From contig CAVXPZ010000004.1 of assembly GCA_963763775.1 (NCBI GenBank), positions 640,001-704,000 on the forward strand: a stretch of 64,000 nucleotides of DNA. The letters are read 5' to 3'. Shown here one piece after another: positions 62,310 to 64,000 of this stretch. This DNA comes from an uncultured Chloroflexia bacterium. GTDB lineage: Bacteria > Chloroflexota > Limnocylindria > Limnocylindrales > CSP1-4. The number at the start of each line of letters is the position of its first letter. Positions within the stretch are counted from its first letter, which is position 1. The notes beneath the pieces were generated by a model. That model worked only from the letters and a program-made list of their open reading frames with translations. It was not told where the DNA came from and ran no database searches. The translations under genes and the position numbers were made by a program.

Positions 62310-63110
62310 TCACAGCTCGATGTCGAGCGTGTCGATGACGCTCCGCGCGAGATCGAGGTCGGCCGGTGGCGTCCCCTCGTACGAGAGGATCGCGGCGATG
62401 AGCCGGGTGCCCTCGACATCGAGGATGTACAGGTGCCAGCGGTTGGCCGGGCCCTGGGCGTAGAGGCCTGGCCCGGAGAACACGAACGCATGGCCACCCG
62501 CGTCCGCAGGATCATCCTTGTGACAGGTCGTGAACGAGTCGTCCGGCAGCTGGAGCTCCAGCTCCTGGCCGGCGTAGCCGTCGATGGTGATCGGCGTCGC
62601 GACTGACGACGTGTAGAACGTGTTGGCGCGGAGCGCGGTCACGAGGTCGTCGACGGACGGACCGACCGCCACGTCGCCCGGCATACCCGCCTCACCCGTG
62701 CCGTGCACGTCCCAGTGGCACGGGTCGCTGTACAGGCCGTTCGCCGAGAAGAACGCGATCCCGATCCCAGTCGGCGCGTCGGCGCGCACGGGTTCGGGCG
62801 CGTCCATCGCCCAGCTCGGGTACCCGACCCAGCCGTTCGGTCCCGTGGCCGCGACCGTCAGCGATGGCTTGTCCCCGATCGGCCGGAACAGGTACCGCCC
62901 ACCGGTCAGGACGTCGGTCACGGGGCCTGGGCCTGACGTAGCCGGCGCCTTGGGTGCGGACGTGGCGGCGACGGGGGCCGACGTCGCCGGCGGCGTGCTT
63001 ACCCGTGCGCTCGACCCCGGCTGCGGATCGACCACGCCGCCGCCGACGCAGCCCGCCAGCGCGACGACGGCCACACCGAGGACCATCCCGACAGGCACGA
63101 ACTTCTTCAT
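62310..63110 (-). CDS. Hypothetical lipoprotein
   Basis: RBS GAGGAGG; lipobox LAGC; Pro/Ala/Thr linker; DPC, ILDVEG.RL, C-terminal helix. Confidence 0.8.
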   Translation of the reverse strand: MKKFVPVGMVLGVAVVALAGCVGGGVVDPQPGSSARVSTPPATSAPVAATSAPKAPATSGPGPVTDVLTGGRYLFRPIGDKPSLTVAATGPNGWVGYPSWAMDAPEPVRADAPTGIGIAFFSANGLYSDPCHWDVHGTGEAGMPGDVAVGPSVDDLVTALRANTFYTSSVATPITIDGYAGQELELQLPDDSFTTCHKDDPADAGGHAFVFSGPGLYAQGPANRWHLYILDVEGTRLIAAILSYEGTPPADLDLARSVIDTLDIEL

Positions 63111-63152
63111 GGCGTCCTCCTCATCGCGATCGCTTCAGGCGACCGGCTACGG

Positions 63153-64000
63153 CTATCCATCGGGAAGCCTTCCCCAGGAACGGTTCTCGCCGCCAGCGTC
63201 GAGGCCGTCGTACAGCACGACGGGGTCTGCGCCCGGGTCGAGCGGACGGGCGATCAGCGCCCTGCCCGGCCGCCCGCTGACCCATGCCGTGTACAGGAGC
63301 TCCTTGCCGTCAGGCGACCACGTGACACTGTCTGGGCGCCAGGAGACCGACGCGTCCGACCCCGGCACGGGCAGATCGGGCAGGACGACCTCGGTCCCGT
63401 CATCAGGCGTCACGAGCACCACCACATGGGCTTCCGTCCCTGGCCCCCACATCCGCTGGTAGACGATGCGATCTCCGGTCGGAGACCACACAGGACCGAC
63501 TCCGTAGATGGCGCCGAACGGCCGACGGGTGATCTGATGACGCTCGCTGCCGTCGACCATGACCACCCAGACCTCCTGGTCCATCGCGGCGCCGTCGCTG
63601 TTGCCGCGCTGGTAGGCGATCCGGCGGCCGTCCGGCGACCACGCCAGCAAATCGACGCCCGACGGGCCGACAAGCGTCCGCAGGCTGCCCGTATCGGCGT
63701 CGTACAGGCGAATGGATCCGTCGCGAAGCGACTGCCCGCCGACCAGATCGGCCTGGCCACTTGCGATGGCGAGTTGCTCCCCGTCAGGCGACCACTCAAG
63801 GTCGGTAGCCAGCAGGTCAGTCAGGATGTCGACGTGGCCGTCAGCGACGGTTGCGACCCAGACCGCACTTCCGGCTGCCGATCGATCGGGGTTGGCCGGC
63901 GACGTCAGCGGGACGCCGAAGGCGACCCGGCGACCATCCGCCGACCAGACGGCGCACGGCGGCGGGAACGAGCCGCCAACGTCGATCCGCAGAGACTCCG
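63153..64000 (-). CDS. TolB-like PD40/WD40 beta-propeller protein (5' end off window; frameshift near 63655)
   Basis: Repeated WS(P/A)DG/WSPTG motifs (at least five). Confidence 0.82.
   Translation of the reverse strand, partial: ESLRIDVGGSFPPPCAVWSADGRRVAFGVPLTSPANPDRSAAGSAVWVATVADGHVDILTDLLATDLEWSPDGEQLAIASGQADLVGGQSLRDGSIRLYDADTGSLRTLVGPSGVDLLAWSPDGRRIAYQRGNSDGAAMDQEVWVVMVDGSERHQITRRPFGAIYGVGPVWSPTGDRIVYQRMWGPGTEAHVVVLVTPDDGTEVVLPDLPVPGSDASVSWRPDSVTWSPDGKELLYTAWVSGRPGRALIARPLDPGADPVVLYDGLDAGGENRSWGRLPDG

Overview
Very GC-rich bacterial chromosomal DNA, densely coding (about 65 genes). Gene content and style suggest a soil or freshwater Chloroflexota/Actinomycetota-type organism; this is inference only. 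I found no rRNA, tRNA, CRISPR array, transposase, integrase or prophage. Roughly 20 otherwise intact genes carry small frameshifts, most simply explained as long-read assembly errors, so many ORF-track entries are fragments or chimeras and gene boundaries were rebuilt by eye. Main content: an NAD-linked formate-dehydrogenase-like diaphorase module (NuoE-F fusion plus a truncated NuoG-like Fe-S protein) with fdhD but no molybdopterin subunit; AlkZ- and AlkA-like glycosylases; a divergent AhcY-like enzyme; betA; a MarR-heterodimeric ABC exporter; two double-META lipoproteins; a ClC; a DoxX-Rieske fusion; a ppk2/P-type ATPase operon divergent from DUF6325 plus a 17-aa-repeat peptide; two STAND-LuxR regulators; a sugar ABC cluster; several regulator/small-effector cassettes; and three class III cyclase-like genes. 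The best candidate for an undescribed system is the PPK2-coupled P-type ATPase, which has lost all membrane cation-binding carboxylates. Its divergent promoter region shares a motif with the promoter downstream of the MalT-like regulator.
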